Shown here: positions 22,951 to 34,108 of the stretch, one piece after another | Numbering within the stretch: the first letter of the stretch is position 1 | Layout: each line of letters begins with the position of its first letter | Assembly (NCBI GenBank): GCA_963755915.1 | Contig: CAVWLP010000003.1 | Span: 1,248,001 to 1,312,000 of the forward strand | DNA: 64,000 nucleotides | Direction of reading: 5' to 3' | From: an uncultured Phycisphaerales bacterium | GTDB lineage: Bacteria; Planctomycetota; Phycisphaerae; Tepidisphaerales; Tepidisphaeraceae | Program-made: the position numbers and the translations under genes | The notes under the pieces: generated by a model | What the model was told of the DNA's origin: nothing | The model's input: only the letters and a program-made list of their open reading frames with translations | The model's database searches: none

Positions 22951-23772
22951 ATGAACATCAAACACCGGGGGGCGACAATCGGACTTGGCTTGATTTTTCT
23001 AGCATTCGGGGCGTCGGCAGGGGCACAGACGATCAATCTCTATCAGGGCTCGACCGGAGGCACGCCACAGTTGCAGAACTGGCTTACCTATCAATACAAT
23101 CCACTTTCGACGGGTCCAAGCACCTCGAGCACCGGCGGGCCAACTGGGAATACGACCTTCGATACCACCTCCACTGACGCGGAAGAGGGTGGCTGGTCGA
23201 ATTATTCGTATAACCCCATCACCTCGTCATCGGCGATCGTGAATTCCTCGTTCCCCGCGCTGAATCCGGCCAGCGGATTCTCGGTGAACTGGGATCTGGC
23301 CGTGACTTCGGAGTCAAACACAAGCACCAATCGAGCCGGATTTGATGTGATCGTGCTGGGCAGCGATGGGAAGGGCGTGGAGCTTGGTTACTGGGGAAGC
23401 GATGTGTGGGCTCAGGAATATGTCTCCGGGACCGGGTTTGAGCAGAACCCGCTTCAGGACAGCGATACCCAGAATAACGATGTGTTCGACACTGGCCCGT
23501 CGCTGATCGATTACAACCTTTCGGTTTTGGGGGGAAACTACACGCTGACGGCCAACGGAACGACAATCCTGACCGGGGCGACGCAAGACTACAGCGGGTC
23601 GGCGATGCTGCCGTATACGCTGGATAATTTTGTGTTCATGGGCGATGACACGTCGGAGGCCGCGGCGAGTGCCACGTTTACGTCCCTGTCGGTGACCGTC
23701 CCGGAGCCGATAACAGGCATGGGCTTGCTCGGAATGGGATTGTTCGGGCTGATGCGAAGAAAGCCGCGATAA
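22951..23772 (+). CDS. PEP-CTERM protein, resembles choice-of-anchor Y type
   Basis: Signal peptide; FPALN...GF...SESN...NRAGF...KGVELGYW...WAQ; FMGDDTS; VPEP + TM + RRKPR. Confidence 0.8.
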   Translation: MNIKHRGATIGLGLIFLAFGASAGAQTINLYQGSTGGTPQLQNWLTYQYNPLSTGPSTSSTGGPTGNTTFDTTSTDAEEGGWSNYSYNPITSSSAIVNSSFPALNPASGFSVNWDLAVTSESNTSTNRAGFDVIVLGSDGKGVELGYWGSDVWAQEYVSGTGFEQNPLQDSDTQNNDVFDTGPSLIDYNLSVLGGNYTLTANGTTILTGATQDYSGSAMLPYTLDNFVFMGDDTSEAAASATFTSLSVTVPEPITGMGLLGMGLFGLMRRKPR

Positions 23773-23841
23773 TCCGCCGCCCGGCGGGATACGGGCTTTT
23801 TCCGTGGAGGGTGGCGGGAAAATCGTCTATCCTTCCGAGCC

Positions 23842-24756
23842 ATGAGCGACGTAAAGATTGGCATCATCGGTGGGACGGGGCTGGGGCAATTACTGGCAAG
23901 AGGCGATGGCCGGCGGCACGTGATGCAGACGCCCTTCGGGGCCACCAGCGATGCGATTATCGAGAGCGATTGGGAGGGATTGCCGGTGCTGCTGCTGGGC
24001 CGGCATGGTCCGGGGCATGTGATTCCGCCGAGCATGGTCCCCTTTCGCGCGAATATTTTCGCGCTGAAGCAATTGGGCTGCACGCATATTATCGCCTCGG
24101 GCGCCTGCGGGAGCTTGCGGCAGGAGTTTAAGCCGCGCGATCTCGTCGCCGCGGATCAGATGATTGACCGGACGTTCCGGCGGGCGGGAACATTTTTTGA
24201 AAATGCGGCCGTGCATGTGGAATTCGCGGAACCTTTCTGCCCGGTCCTGCGTCGAATTCTTTTGGAACAAGCGGGAACCGACGAGGCGATCACGCTGCAC
24301 GATCGCGGCTGCTATGTCTGCATGGAAGGCCCGGCGTTTTCTTCCCGCGCGGAGAGCCTGATGCACCGTCTCTGGGGCGGCGATTTGATCGGCATGACAG
24401 CCCTGCCCGAGGCGAAACTGGCGCGCGAAGCCGAGATTCCCTACGCACTGATTGCCCTGGTAACAGATTATGACTGCTGGAAAGCGGTCACGCCCACCGC
24501 CCCCGGCCAGCCGCCCCCCCCACCGCCGGAGCCTGGTGCCCTGCTCGCGGAAATTACCGCGAATTTGGAGACGGCCGCGGGAAAAGCCATGGAGTTGATC
24601 CGGCGGGTGCTGCGGAAGATTGCCGCAGAGCCGGGGATTCTGTCGGCATGCCCGGCAAAGGACGCCCTGAAATTGGCGATCTGGTCAGATAAATCGAAGA
24701 TTTCCCGCGAAGAAATTCGGCGGCTCGCACCGATTTGGGGACGCTATTTCGGCTAG
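23842..24756 (+). CDS. mtnP: S-methyl-5'-thioadenosine phosphorylase
   Basis: IGIIGGTG, RHG..H, ANIFALK, EGPAFSSRAES, GMTALPEAKLAREAEI, TDYDCW. Confidence 0.93.
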   Translation: MSDVKIGIIGGTGLGQLLARGDGRRHVMQTPFGATSDAIIESDWEGLPVLLLGRHGPGHVIPPSMVPFRANIFALKQLGCTHIIASGACGSLRQEFKPRDLVAADQMIDRTFRRAGTFFENAAVHVEFAEPFCPVLRRILLEQAGTDEAITLHDRGCYVCMEGPAFSSRAESLMHRLWGGDLIGMTALPEAKLAREAEIPYALIALVTDYDCWKAVTPTAPGQPPPPPPEPGALLAEITANLETAAGKAMELIRRVLRKIAAEPGILSACPAKDALKLAIWSDKSKISREEIRRLAPIWGRYFG

Positions 24757-24767
24757 GATATGGGGGT

Positions 24768-27700
24768 ATGACGTTGCGAGTTGCCAGTTGCCAGTTGCGA
24801 GTGAAATGCGGGGGATCTCGCCACTCATTTTCCTGCCGCGCTCTTTGTTCGCTCTGCAGTCTAATCACCATCGTGGCCATCGTGGCGCCTGCGATGGCGC
24901 AGCGGGGTTTAATTCGTTTTGGTAACGGCCCGATGGTCCCGATGCAGGGCTTCCAGGGGGTCGGGGGCGACGATGCGATGGGCGGCGTTTATGTCCGCGA
25001 TTCCGCCATCGCGATGGAGAAGCTCGCCCTCGCCCAGCGGATGGAGCGGCTGCACGAGTGGAGCAAGTCGGCCGATGTCTATCAGGAAATCCTCGACAAA
25101 TATCAGGACCGCGTCGTCCCCACGCATACGGATGAGCTAAGCCAAACCGTGGATCGCTATGCCTCGGTTACGGAAACGGTGCGCGAGTCGCTCTGCAAAT
25201 GGCCGCAGGAGGGGCTGCTGGTTTATCGCGGAAGATACGAAACGATCGCCCAAAGCCTTCTGAACGCTGCGGGAAACGACGGCATCGACAAGCTTCACGA
25301 AATCCTCGCGAAATATTTCCCAACGGAAGCCGCAAAGACCGCCGGCATTCGCCTGATGGATTTGTGCTTCGAGGAGGGGGATTACGCGGAAGTGAATCAG
25401 ATCGGCAAGGAGCTTCTGGAGTGGCATCCGGATTTAATCGCCGAGCGGCCCATGGTGCTCTACCGCACGGCCCTGGCCGCGAAACTGGCGAATCAGCCTC
25501 AGGACGTCCAGCGATATGAGACCCAGCTCCAAAACCAATTTCCCCAGGCGACCGGAGTAATCCGCGGCCAGCAGGTGGTGCTGGCCGACTCGCTGGAGAA
25601 GGAGCTGGCGAGTGCGACCGTGGTGCGGGCGGAAAGCCCGGATTCCTGGCCGATGGTCGGCGGAAACGTCGAACGCTCGCAAATCTGCATGTCTCTCGTG
25701 AAGCCGGGGGCGCGCTTATACAACATTCTGGTCACCAGGTTTAATTGGGATGCCCTCCAGGAAACCGCCGACAGGGATAACCGTGAGCACGCCAGTGACG
25801 AACAGCGTAAAAAGGGAATTGGGCTGGGGATCATGCCCGCGGTCGACAAGGGGGAGCTCTTTTACCAGGACAACACGCGTATTTACGCGCTGGATCTCGA
25901 CAGCGGCGTTCCCTTACCCCAGTGGGTGGACACCTATCCGATGCAAAACGGCGCCTTCACTCCCGCGTGGAGTCCCGCTCCAACGCCGGTGCCGCTCGGC
26001 CGCCAACTTTGCGTGACGGTGACGGACAAATACGTCGCGGCGGTGATGGGCTTGTCCGACCCGCTTTCATCCAGCGATCCCCTGCCGGGCCAGGATTCGC
26101 ATCTGGTTTGCCTTGATCGCAAGAGCGGCAAGGAGCTTTGGGAAACCTCGCCGCACGATTTCTCCGATGCCCAACTGGCACTGCGCGAGCTGCGGATGGG
26201 CGGATCGCCGCTCATCGTCGGGGACAACCTTTATGTGATCGTCCACGGAATGAAGGGGCAGTTTGAGGATTGCTATGTAGTCTGTTACGCCGCCGCAACC
26301 GGCCAGTTGCGCTGGGCGACGTTTATCGCAAATTCCAACGGCGACAATTTGCTGGAGGCCGGCGGAATCGGGTCCTACCTCTATTCCGACGCGGTTTCGC
26401 ATCTTGCCTATTCGGCGGGCCGGCTCTTTGTGATCACCAATCTTGGCGCGGTCGCGTCGCTCGATGCCTACACAGGCACGATCGCCTGGCTGAACATCTA
26501 TCGCACCGAATCCACCGGCGGAGCGATGTACAACTTTCCGCAGCGGATTATCCGTCAGATTCCGCCCGAGGATGATGAAACGCCGACGGCGCCATGGGTC
26601 TACAATCCGGCCGTTGTGCAGGATGGGAAAGTATTCGTAATGCCGTCGGACGGGCATGATTTGCTCGTCTATGACGCCGCCAGCGGAGACCTGGTCAAAC
26701 GAATCTGGCTGACCGATTTGCAGGAGGAGCGCGATCCCAACGTCCCCAGCACGCCGGACCTGCCCACCACGCTGCTGGCGGTGAAGGGGGACATGGTCTA
26801 CCTCGCCGGCGAGCGACAGGTTTGGCAGGTCCCCTGGCAACTGATTCCGCATGACGCGTCGAAAGTCGATTCGATTCCCGGATACTGGCGATCGACGGAG
26901 GGCGACCAGGATCCATCCGCGCAGGATAAAGCCGATGACGATCAGTTGGTCGAGGTCCGCGGTCGCGCGTTTGTGACCGGGGATGCAGTCTATGTGCCGA
27001 CGGAAAAATATCTGCTGCGGATTCAACTGGCATCGGGCCTCCTCGATTCAGCCAACAGCACGTTTCCAAAGAACGGCTGGGAATCGGGTAAAGAGGGGCC
27101 GGGAAATGTGATCGCGACGCAGGACCATCTGATCGTCGCCGGCGATGAGAACATCGCGGTCTATACGGATATCGCGATGGCGCAGGCGAAATTGAACCGC
27201 GAAATCGCCGAGGCCCCCGCCAGCGCCGACGCCCGGCTGCATTATGCCGAGGTGATGTTCGCTGCTGCCCAGCCCGATGCGGCCCAGCAGCGGCTTGAGG
27301 AAGGTTTTGAGCTGCTCGGCGGCACGCAATCGCTCAGGTCTGGATCGACGCGCGACCGGGCATTCAACGATGCCCTCAGCTTTGCACGGCGGTCGGAGGG
27401 GCATGAAGGCGAAGCCGATCGAATCGAGCGGTTTTTCGATCTGGCCCAGGCCGCGGCGCTTTCCACTGCGCAGCAGGTCAGCTACCGGCTGGCGCGGGCG
27501 GAATACGATTGGAAGCGCGACAATCGTGACGCCGCCTCGGCCATTGAGCTTTACCAGGAAATTCTCGGCGAGCCGACCTTCCGCGCCGTGCCCATGCCCG
27601 ACCCGCACGGCAACGCGACGATCGCGGCCGGAGATGTCGCCGACCAGGCGATCACCGAGATTAAGGGAACACCCGATGGCGTACTGGCGTACCGCAAGTT

Positions 27701-29569
27701 CGAGGAGGCCGCGGCGCAGAAGCTCGCAGCGGCGCAGGCGGCGGCGGATCCGGAGCGGCTGCTGGATATCTCTCGGGTCTATCCCAATTCGACGGTTGGC
27801 GCGACGCGATGCTGGCGGCCGCTAATTGTTACGAATCCCGCGGCGATGCGCGAATGGCAACGCAGGTCCTGCGGCAAATCCTGGCGCGTTTCAAAGATCA
27901 GACCCAGCCCGCGGTTTTGGTCGCGATGGCTCGCAATTACCTCAAGCTGCCGAACCATCTCGACGTCGCCGTTTCACGTCTCCAGCTTGCCGCCGTTCAG
28001 GACCCGACCGGCGTGACCCAGCAGGCGATGACGCTGCCGGATGGGTCGGTGCTGCCGAACGTGCCGATTACCTTGGCGCGCAATGCGCTGATGCGCTACG
28101 AAGTGGAAGCGAGCCTGCAGAGCGTTCCCGATTTGCATTTGCCGACGCACGAGCAGTCGCAGGCCTTTCGCCAGGCGACGGGGCGCTGGGCCAGGCCTTT
28201 TGTGCCGGCGTCGAAAGACCTGGAGATTCAGGGCGTCGACGCCATGGTCGTTCCGATGGAGGAATTCGCGCGCGGCGACCGGGTCATCGCCTGGTCGGGC
28301 GGCACTGGACTGACGGTCTATCCGGCCGGGTCGAACAAGGCGATCTTTGCGTGCGCGGCGATTTCGCAGCAGCCGGTCGGGGCGGCCTGGGTGGGAGACA
28401 AGCTGATCGTCTGGAGCAGGACATCCGTTTCGCAGCTCGACGGCACGTCGGGCAAGCAACTGTGGGACATGGACACCTCGTCGCTGCCGCCGATTTTGGA
28501 TCCCGACAATTCCGAGCCCACGCCGCCGGAAGTCGACATGCCCGGCGGCCCCGAGGAAGTGCTGGAAGTGAAACCGGTGGCACAGCGCGTGATCGTCTCG
28601 ACGTCGACCGGGCGGCTGCTGGCGGTCGATCCATCCGCGGGGCATATCGCCTGGCAGACGCGGGTTACAGGGCTGATCAATCCCCTGCTGGCCAACGATG
28701 ATTTCACGGTCATCCGCACGCAGGACGGGCAATCCGTGGAAATCGTGGTTTATAATTCCTTCAGCGGCGAGCTGCTGGGCAGAAAGCAATTTGGGGTGGA
28801 TACGCAGGCCTATCCGATCAACCTGGCGCTGGCGGCCGATGGGACGCTGGCCTATACGCTGCCGAATCAGCTTTGCATCAAGGATCTCTTTGAGGCGAAT
28901 CTTTCCCCAACGGGGATGGACTCTCAGATCCCGCAGACGGCTGCCCCGGACCAGCCGCAGATTTTTCTAAATGCGGCCCGGCCGGAGCCGCACCAGCTTC
29001 TCATTCACAGCGGGCGGGTGTTCGCCATTGCCAACAGCGGGAAGGATATCCGGATCTATTCTGTGGACAGCGGGGAGCCGTGGCAATATCGGCGCGACTA
29101 TTCACCGCCGATCGACTGCTCGGTCCTTCCGACGCAATCCACGAGCGGCGACGTTCAGCTTTATATCTCGGGGAATTACCTCTTCGCGCTCAGCCCCCGG
29201 AGCCTGATCGCGTACCGGCTCGATCCGCCGGGCAAGCCGTGGGAGGCTTCGTTTGATGCGACGAAGGTGACGAATTACCAGCAGCTCCTTTTCGGGCGGG
29301 ATTACCTGGGGCTGGTGGATCGCCCGAACCCGCCGGCGACGGAGAGCAACCGGCCGGGGAACCGGGTGACGCTGAATTTCTTTTTGCGCCGGGCGAAGGA
29401 TTTGCCAGATGAGGAATCGGGGCTGCTGATTTTTGATCCGGAGTTTCAATTAACGGAAGACAACCTGCAGTTGCAGGCGGTGGATGGGGGAGTGGCGTTT
29501 TTTACGGGGCGGAGGATTGAGTTTTTGATGGGGGCGAGAGAAGCGATGGGGAATTTGTCGCCGATATAG
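24768..29569 (+). CDS. Very large PQQ-like beta-propeller / TPR protein (BamB-like repeats; frameshift near 27805)
   Basis: Signal peptide, WPMVGGN..R, repeated LDxxSGxxLW blades, TPR-like helical region. ORFs 24735-28016 and 27809-29569. Confidence 0.75.
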
Positions 29570-29610
29570 AAGAGATTGCCGAATGCCAAATGCCGAATTT
29601 AGATAGCGTC

Positions 29611-29859
29611 CTAATTTGGAAAATGCTGCCACACATAAACAGCGAGGATGGCACACTGGATAGCTACTAAGGCAAACAGGACCAAAACTCCCCAGAAGAC
29701 CATTGGGGCATCGTACCTCCAATTTGCGAAAGTGGGTGGCCAAGCGCGATAAGTGCGGTTCGGTGGAAAACCTGGACGAAGCAATCTATAGATCGCTATT
29801 GGCCCAAGGAATACCCCAGACGAGAGAATCATAAGGATCAGGGTCTTTGGGCTAATCAC
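29611..29859 (-). CDS. Small hypothetical membrane protein
   Basis: 82 aa with two hydrophobic helices; TAAAAT 9 nt upstream of the GTG; visibly lower GC than the flanks. Confidence 0.5.
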   Translation of the reverse strand: MISPKTLILMILSSGVFLGPIAIYRLLRPGFPPNRTYRAWPPTFANWRYDAPMVFWGVLVLFALVAIQCAILAVYVWQHFPN

Positions 29860-29967
29860 TTGTGGGCAATTTTACCATTCGCGCACGAAAAAGCCGCCCG
29901 AGAGCGATCCGGCTTGTGGGTTCAAATTGAGACATCACCCCTGTTTTGGATCGTCTTCTTTGGCGTA

Positions 29968-30035
29968 CCGCCGATGTCCTCATCGGCGGAAGTTGGATGG
30001 GAGGGCGGGGATTCCGCCGGTGAGGACACCGGCGG
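29968..30035. repeat. Inverted REP doublet (REPIN-like)
   Basis: ccgccgatgtcctcatcggcgga (29968-29990) and tccgccggtgaggacaccggcgg (30013-30035) are 21/23 reverse-complementary; the two differences swap an A-T pair for a G-C pair in the hairpin. Confidence 0.75.
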
Positions 30036-30166
30036 CATTTTAAGCCCCCACCCTGACCCGTCCCGGAGTACCAGGGGGGAAAAGACAGAGGACGGGGAAA
30101 GAGGAGAAAAAGGCTGCGGTTGCTGGGTTATCACGCAAAGTCTATAATCAGCCGATTATCCCTGTT

Positions 30167-30430
30167 ATGCCTACCACGGTTTCCAAGCCGACCAACGAGC
30201 CATCCATGCGGGAGAAGGTCCAGACCGTGATCGACCTGATCCGGCCGGCGGTGCAGGCGGATGGGGGGGATATCGAGCTGGTGGATGTGACGGGCGAGGG
30301 CGTGGTGCAGATCCGGTTTCATGGGGCGTGCCACGGATGCCCCAGCAGCCACATGACGCTTCAGATGGGCATTGAAAGAAATCTCCGCGAGCGAATTCCG
30401 GAAGTGACGCAGGTCATTCCCGTCCAATGA
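30167..30430 (+). CDS. NifU-like (Nfu-type) Fe-S cluster carrier
   Basis: IRPAVQADGGDIELV...GACHGCPSS..TL..GIE. Confidence 0.92.
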   Translation: MPTTVSKPTNEPSMREKVQTVIDLIRPAVQADGGDIELVDVTGEGVVQIRFHGACHGCPSSHMTLQMGIERNLRERIPEVTQVIPVQ

Positions 30431-30432
30431 CT

Positions 30433-30544
30433 GGTGGTGGGTCGATTTGGGCTCCGTGTCGAGATACGAATTCCCCACGGCAGCGCGGCTCGACTGAGCT
30501 CGCCGAAGTCCGTGGGCGTTCCGGAAGCGAACGGACCCAGTACC
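30433..30544. repeat. Composite palindromic element, copy A (with 24-bp insert at 30487-30510)
   Basis: Outer IR ggtggtgggtc...gacccagtacc and inner hairpin cccacggc..cgtggg; homologous to 48407-48503 and 49899-49986. Confidence 0.88.
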
Positions 30545-30546
30545 CT

Positions 30547-31014
30547 ATGACCGACGAATCCCTAATGAAGGAGGCGGTCGCCGAGGCGCGGGGTGCGCTG
30601 GCGATGGATGAGGTGCCGGTGGGATGCGTGATTCTGCACCTGCCAACGGATCGGATCATCGGGCGGGGCCACAACCGGCGGGAGACCGACGGCGATCCGA
30701 CGGCGCATGCCGAGATGATCGCGCTGCGGGAAGCCGCGACGGCGCTGGGGCACTGGCGTTTGAGCGAATGCGCAATGGCGGTGACGCTGGAGCCGTGCCC
30801 GATGTGCGCGGGGGCGATCGTCAATGCGCGAATTGCGCGGCTCATCTACGGATGCGACGACCCAAAGGCGGGGGCGATCCGGACGCTCTACCAGATCTGC
30901 GACGATCCGCGGTTGAATCATCAGGCACAAATAACCGGCGGAGTAATGGCGGAAGAGTGCGCGAAGCTTCTTCGGGAATTCTTCCAACAGCAAAGGGCCT
31001 GTGGGAAGAAATAA
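30547..31014 (+). CDS. tadA: tRNA adenosine(34) deaminase
   Basis: EVPVGCV, HNRRE..DPTAHAE, VTLEPCPMCAGA, DPKAGA, LNH. Confidence 0.92.
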   Translation: MTDESLMKEAVAEARGALAMDEVPVGCVILHLPTDRIIGRGHNRRETDGDPTAHAEMIALREAATALGHWRLSECAMAVTLEPCPMCAGAIVNARIARLIYGCDDPKAGAIRTLYQICDDPRLNHQAQITGGVMAEECAKLLREFFQQQRACGKK

Positions 31015-31024
31015 GGACGCGGCG

Positions 31025-31540
31025 ATGAAGCATTTCGGGCTCATCCTCGTCTCGATGCTTTTGTCCGGTTGCGCGAGCGTTTCCAGCAAAGTTGCGGATC
31101 CTCCGACTACAAATCCCACTGTCGATTCACCGGACTGGTGGAAGACGGTGACGGCGCCGCTGGGTGGACAGCAGATTGTCTCTCCCGACAGCTTTGCGGT
31201 AATCGTGCCGCGGAGCGACGTGGACCTGGAATCGGAGATGGGGCAGGTTCCCGTCTCGGCGGGAATCGCGTCGCATTTTTATTTTTTCAGGTGCCCCTGC
31301 GGAAAAGTGAAATTGCTGGGGGATTTTCTGGCGCGGGATTATGAGGCGGATGACGTGATCGACGCGCTGAGGAGCGGGCAGTTTACCGTGGTTTCGATGT
31401 CGCCGATTTTGCAGAACACGCGGCCGAGCATGATGTCAATCCGGTTTCAGGCGGAGGGGGATGGGGACGATCTTGTCCAGACGCTTCGCAAGGCGCTGGA
31501 TGTTTGCTTGCGGCATTCGAAGAACGACGCCGATGAGTAA
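31025..31540 (+). CDS. Lipoprotein, DUF1259-like
   Basis: Lipobox LSGC; VPRSD..., GDF....E...VI.AL pattern. Confidence 0.55.
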   Translation: MKHFGLILVSMLLSGCASVSSKVADPPTTNPTVDSPDWWKTVTAPLGGQQIVSPDSFAVIVPRSDVDLESEMGQVPVSAGIASHFYFFRCPCGKVKLLGDFLARDYEADDVIDALRSGQFTVVSMSPILQNTRPSMMSIRFQAEGDGDDLVQTLRKALDVCLRHSKNDADE

Positions 31541-33109
31541 CGACATAGAGGCCCGTCCGGCAATTTCGGATCGAGCGGCCAGCTTTTTCCTCTGCGGCAT
31601 GCTGCTGGTCTGCACCGCGGCCGTCTATTGGCAGGCGCACACGTTTGAGTTTGTGGATTGGGATGATTTCAATGAGGTGACGCAGAATCCGCTGCTGCAT
31701 CCGCCAACGTGGGAACATCTGAAGGAGATCTGGGGTGGGCCGTATATTCAGATTTATGCGCCGCTGAGTTACACGGCGTGGTGGGGGCTGATGTGGATTT
31801 CGCCGGGGGCGGAGGCGTTTCATCTGCTGAACGTGGGACTGCACCTGGTGTGCGTGGGGTTGGTGTTTTCGATATTGCGGAAGTGCGTGAAATCGCCGGC
31901 GGCGGCGCTGGTGGGGGCGGCGATTTTTGCGCTGCATCCGATGCAGGTGGAGACCGTGGGGTGGGTTTCGGAGATGAACAACCTTCTGGCGGCGGGGCTG
32001 GCGCTGGGGGCGATTCGGGCGTTTCTGGCGGCGGGGGAAAATGGGGTGAAATGGGGATGGTATGGGGTGGCGTCGGTGCTGTTTGTGGCGGCGCTGTTTT
32101 CGAAGCCTACGGTGGTGATGACGCCGGTGATTGCGCTGGTTCTGGATGCGGGGATGCTGGGGCGGGGGTGGAAGCGGGAATTGGGGATGATGTTGCCGTG
32201 GCTGGGGGGGAGCGCGGTGTTTGCGTGGATTGCGCATCGGGTGCAGAGCGGGGTGTGGATGCCGATGGTGGATCGGCCCGTGGTGGCGCTGGATTGTGTT
32301 TCGTTTTACTGCCAGAAGGTTTTGTGGCCCGTGGGACTGACGATTGATTATGGGCGGACGCCGGCGCGGGTGATGGCGGGAAATCAGTGGATTTTGAATT
32401 GCGTGGTGATGGTGGCGCTGGGGGCGACGCTGTGGAGCGTGCGACGGATTTACCGGGGGGTGGCGGTAGGCGCGCTGGTTTCGGTGGTTGCGCTGCTGCC
32501 GGTGCTGGGGTTTGTGCCGTTTTATTTCCAGGAGTTTTCGTCGGTAGCGGATCGGTATTTTTATCTGGCGATGCTAGGGCCGGCGCTGGCGGTGGCGTCG
32601 CTACTCGCGCGGGCGCCGTGGCGGGCGGCGCTACCGATGGCGATGGGGGTGGGTGTGCTGCTGGCGATTCTGACGACGTTTCAGCTTGGGGTGTGGGCGG
32701 ATACGCCGTCGCTGGCGGCGCATGCGCTGAAAGTTGATCCGGGCAGCGCGATTGGGAATTACATCGCCGGGGAAATTGCGAGCGTGTCGGGGAATCCGCG
32801 GAAGGCGGAGGATTATTTTGCGCGTTGATCCAGCGCAATCCGGGATATCCGGATGTGCACTTCGATCTGGGTAATGTTTATCTGATGCAGGGTGAATATC
32901 AGGCTGCAATTGACGAATTTGAGGAGGCGATCAAGTGGTGGCAGAGCCCATCGATTCAGGCGATGAATAACCTGGGAGTCGCGTATGCGAAGATGGGGCG
33001 AGAGGGGGAGGCGGCGGAAGAGTTTGGGAAAATCCTGGAAATTGACCCGGAAAATGCCCAGGCAGAGCAAAATTTGAAAATCATTTCCGGCGGCGTGCCA
33101 ACGAAGTGA
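31533..33109 (+). CDS. TMTC-like GT-C membrane glycosyltransferase with C-terminal TPRs (frameshift near 32822)
   Basis: WDD..V..NP, FHLLNV.LH, FALHPMQVETVGW, SKP, ADRYFYL; TPR ORF 32825-33109. Confidence 0.8.
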
Positions 33110-33193
33110 ATTGGGCTTAAACTAGAAATCGAATGTGGCGCGGCGATCGGCCCCGACCCCTGCCCTCCCCCGAATTATCAGGGGAGGGGGAAA

Positions 33194-34108
33194 ATGCGAG
33201 AAAGGTTTCAATTGGCGCAGGCAGTACGAGCGGTGGTGAGCGTTCTGGGGAAGGACCAGAAGGGGGTGGTTGCGCGCTTTGCGACGTATGTGGCGGAGCG
33301 CGGGATCAATATCGAGGATATCGAGCAGAGGGTGGTGCGCGGGTTTTTTCTGATGGACATGCTGGTGGATCTGAAGGAACTTTCGGTCGATCTTTCGGAA
33401 TTGATCACGGGATTGCTGGAGCTGGGGAAGCAGCTTGAGATGGAAGTTCGCGTGCATCTGCACAGCGAGCGGCGATTGAAGAAAGTGGCGATTTTGGTGA
33501 GCAAGGAGCCGCACTGTTTGAAGCGGCTGTTTGATGATTTCGGGGAGAAGAAATTGAACGGGGCAATTGCGGGGGTGCTGGCGAACCATGCGAACCTGGA
33601 GCCGCTGGCGAAGGAGGCGGGATGCTCGTTTGCGTTTTATCCATCGGATGAGCCGGAGCGGCACTTCGACTGGCTGCTGAAGAATTTGCAGACGCTGAAT
33701 CCGGATTTGGTGGTGCTGGCGAGGTATATGCGGATTTTGCCGGAGCGGATCGTGGCGGCGTTTCGGCACAAGATCATCAACATTCATCCGTCGCTGCTGC
33801 CGTTTTTTCCGGGAGCGGCGCCGTATAAGCAGGCGTATGAGAGCGGGGTTCGGGTGCATGGATGCACGGCGCATTTTGTGACGGAGCAACTGGACGAGGG
33901 GCCGGTGATTTTGCAGGACGTGTTTCACATCAACGTGGGGGCGGATTCGCTGGAGGACGTGAAGGAGAAGGGTTTGAACCTGGAGGCGGACGTTTTGAGC
34001 CGAGCGGTGAAGCTTTTTCTGGACGAGGAACTGGTGGTGGTGGACGGGAAGGTGATCTTCAAGCCGGGGATCAGCCGGTTTTTCCAGCCGGGCGCGTCGC
34101 GACAGTGA
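33194..34108 (+). CDS. purU: Formyltetrahydrofolate deformylase
   Basis: N-terminal ACT domain (GKDQKGVVA), VSKEPHCL, LARYMRIL, INIHPSLLP, AHFVTEQLDEGPVILQ. Confidence 0.88.
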   Translation: MRERFQLAQAVRAVVSVLGKDQKGVVARFATYVAERGINIEDIEQRVVRGFFLMDMLVDLKELSVDLSELITGLLELGKQLEMEVRVHLHSERRLKKVAILVSKEPHCLKRLFDDFGEKKLNGAIAGVLANHANLEPLAKEAGCSFAFYPSDEPERHFDWLLKNLQTLNPDLVVLARYMRILPERIVAAFRHKIINIHPSLLPFFPGAAPYKQAYESGVRVHGCTAHFVTEQLDEGPVILQDVFHINVGADSLEDVKEKGLNLEADVLSRAVKLFLDEELVVVDGKVIFKPGISRFFQPGASRQ

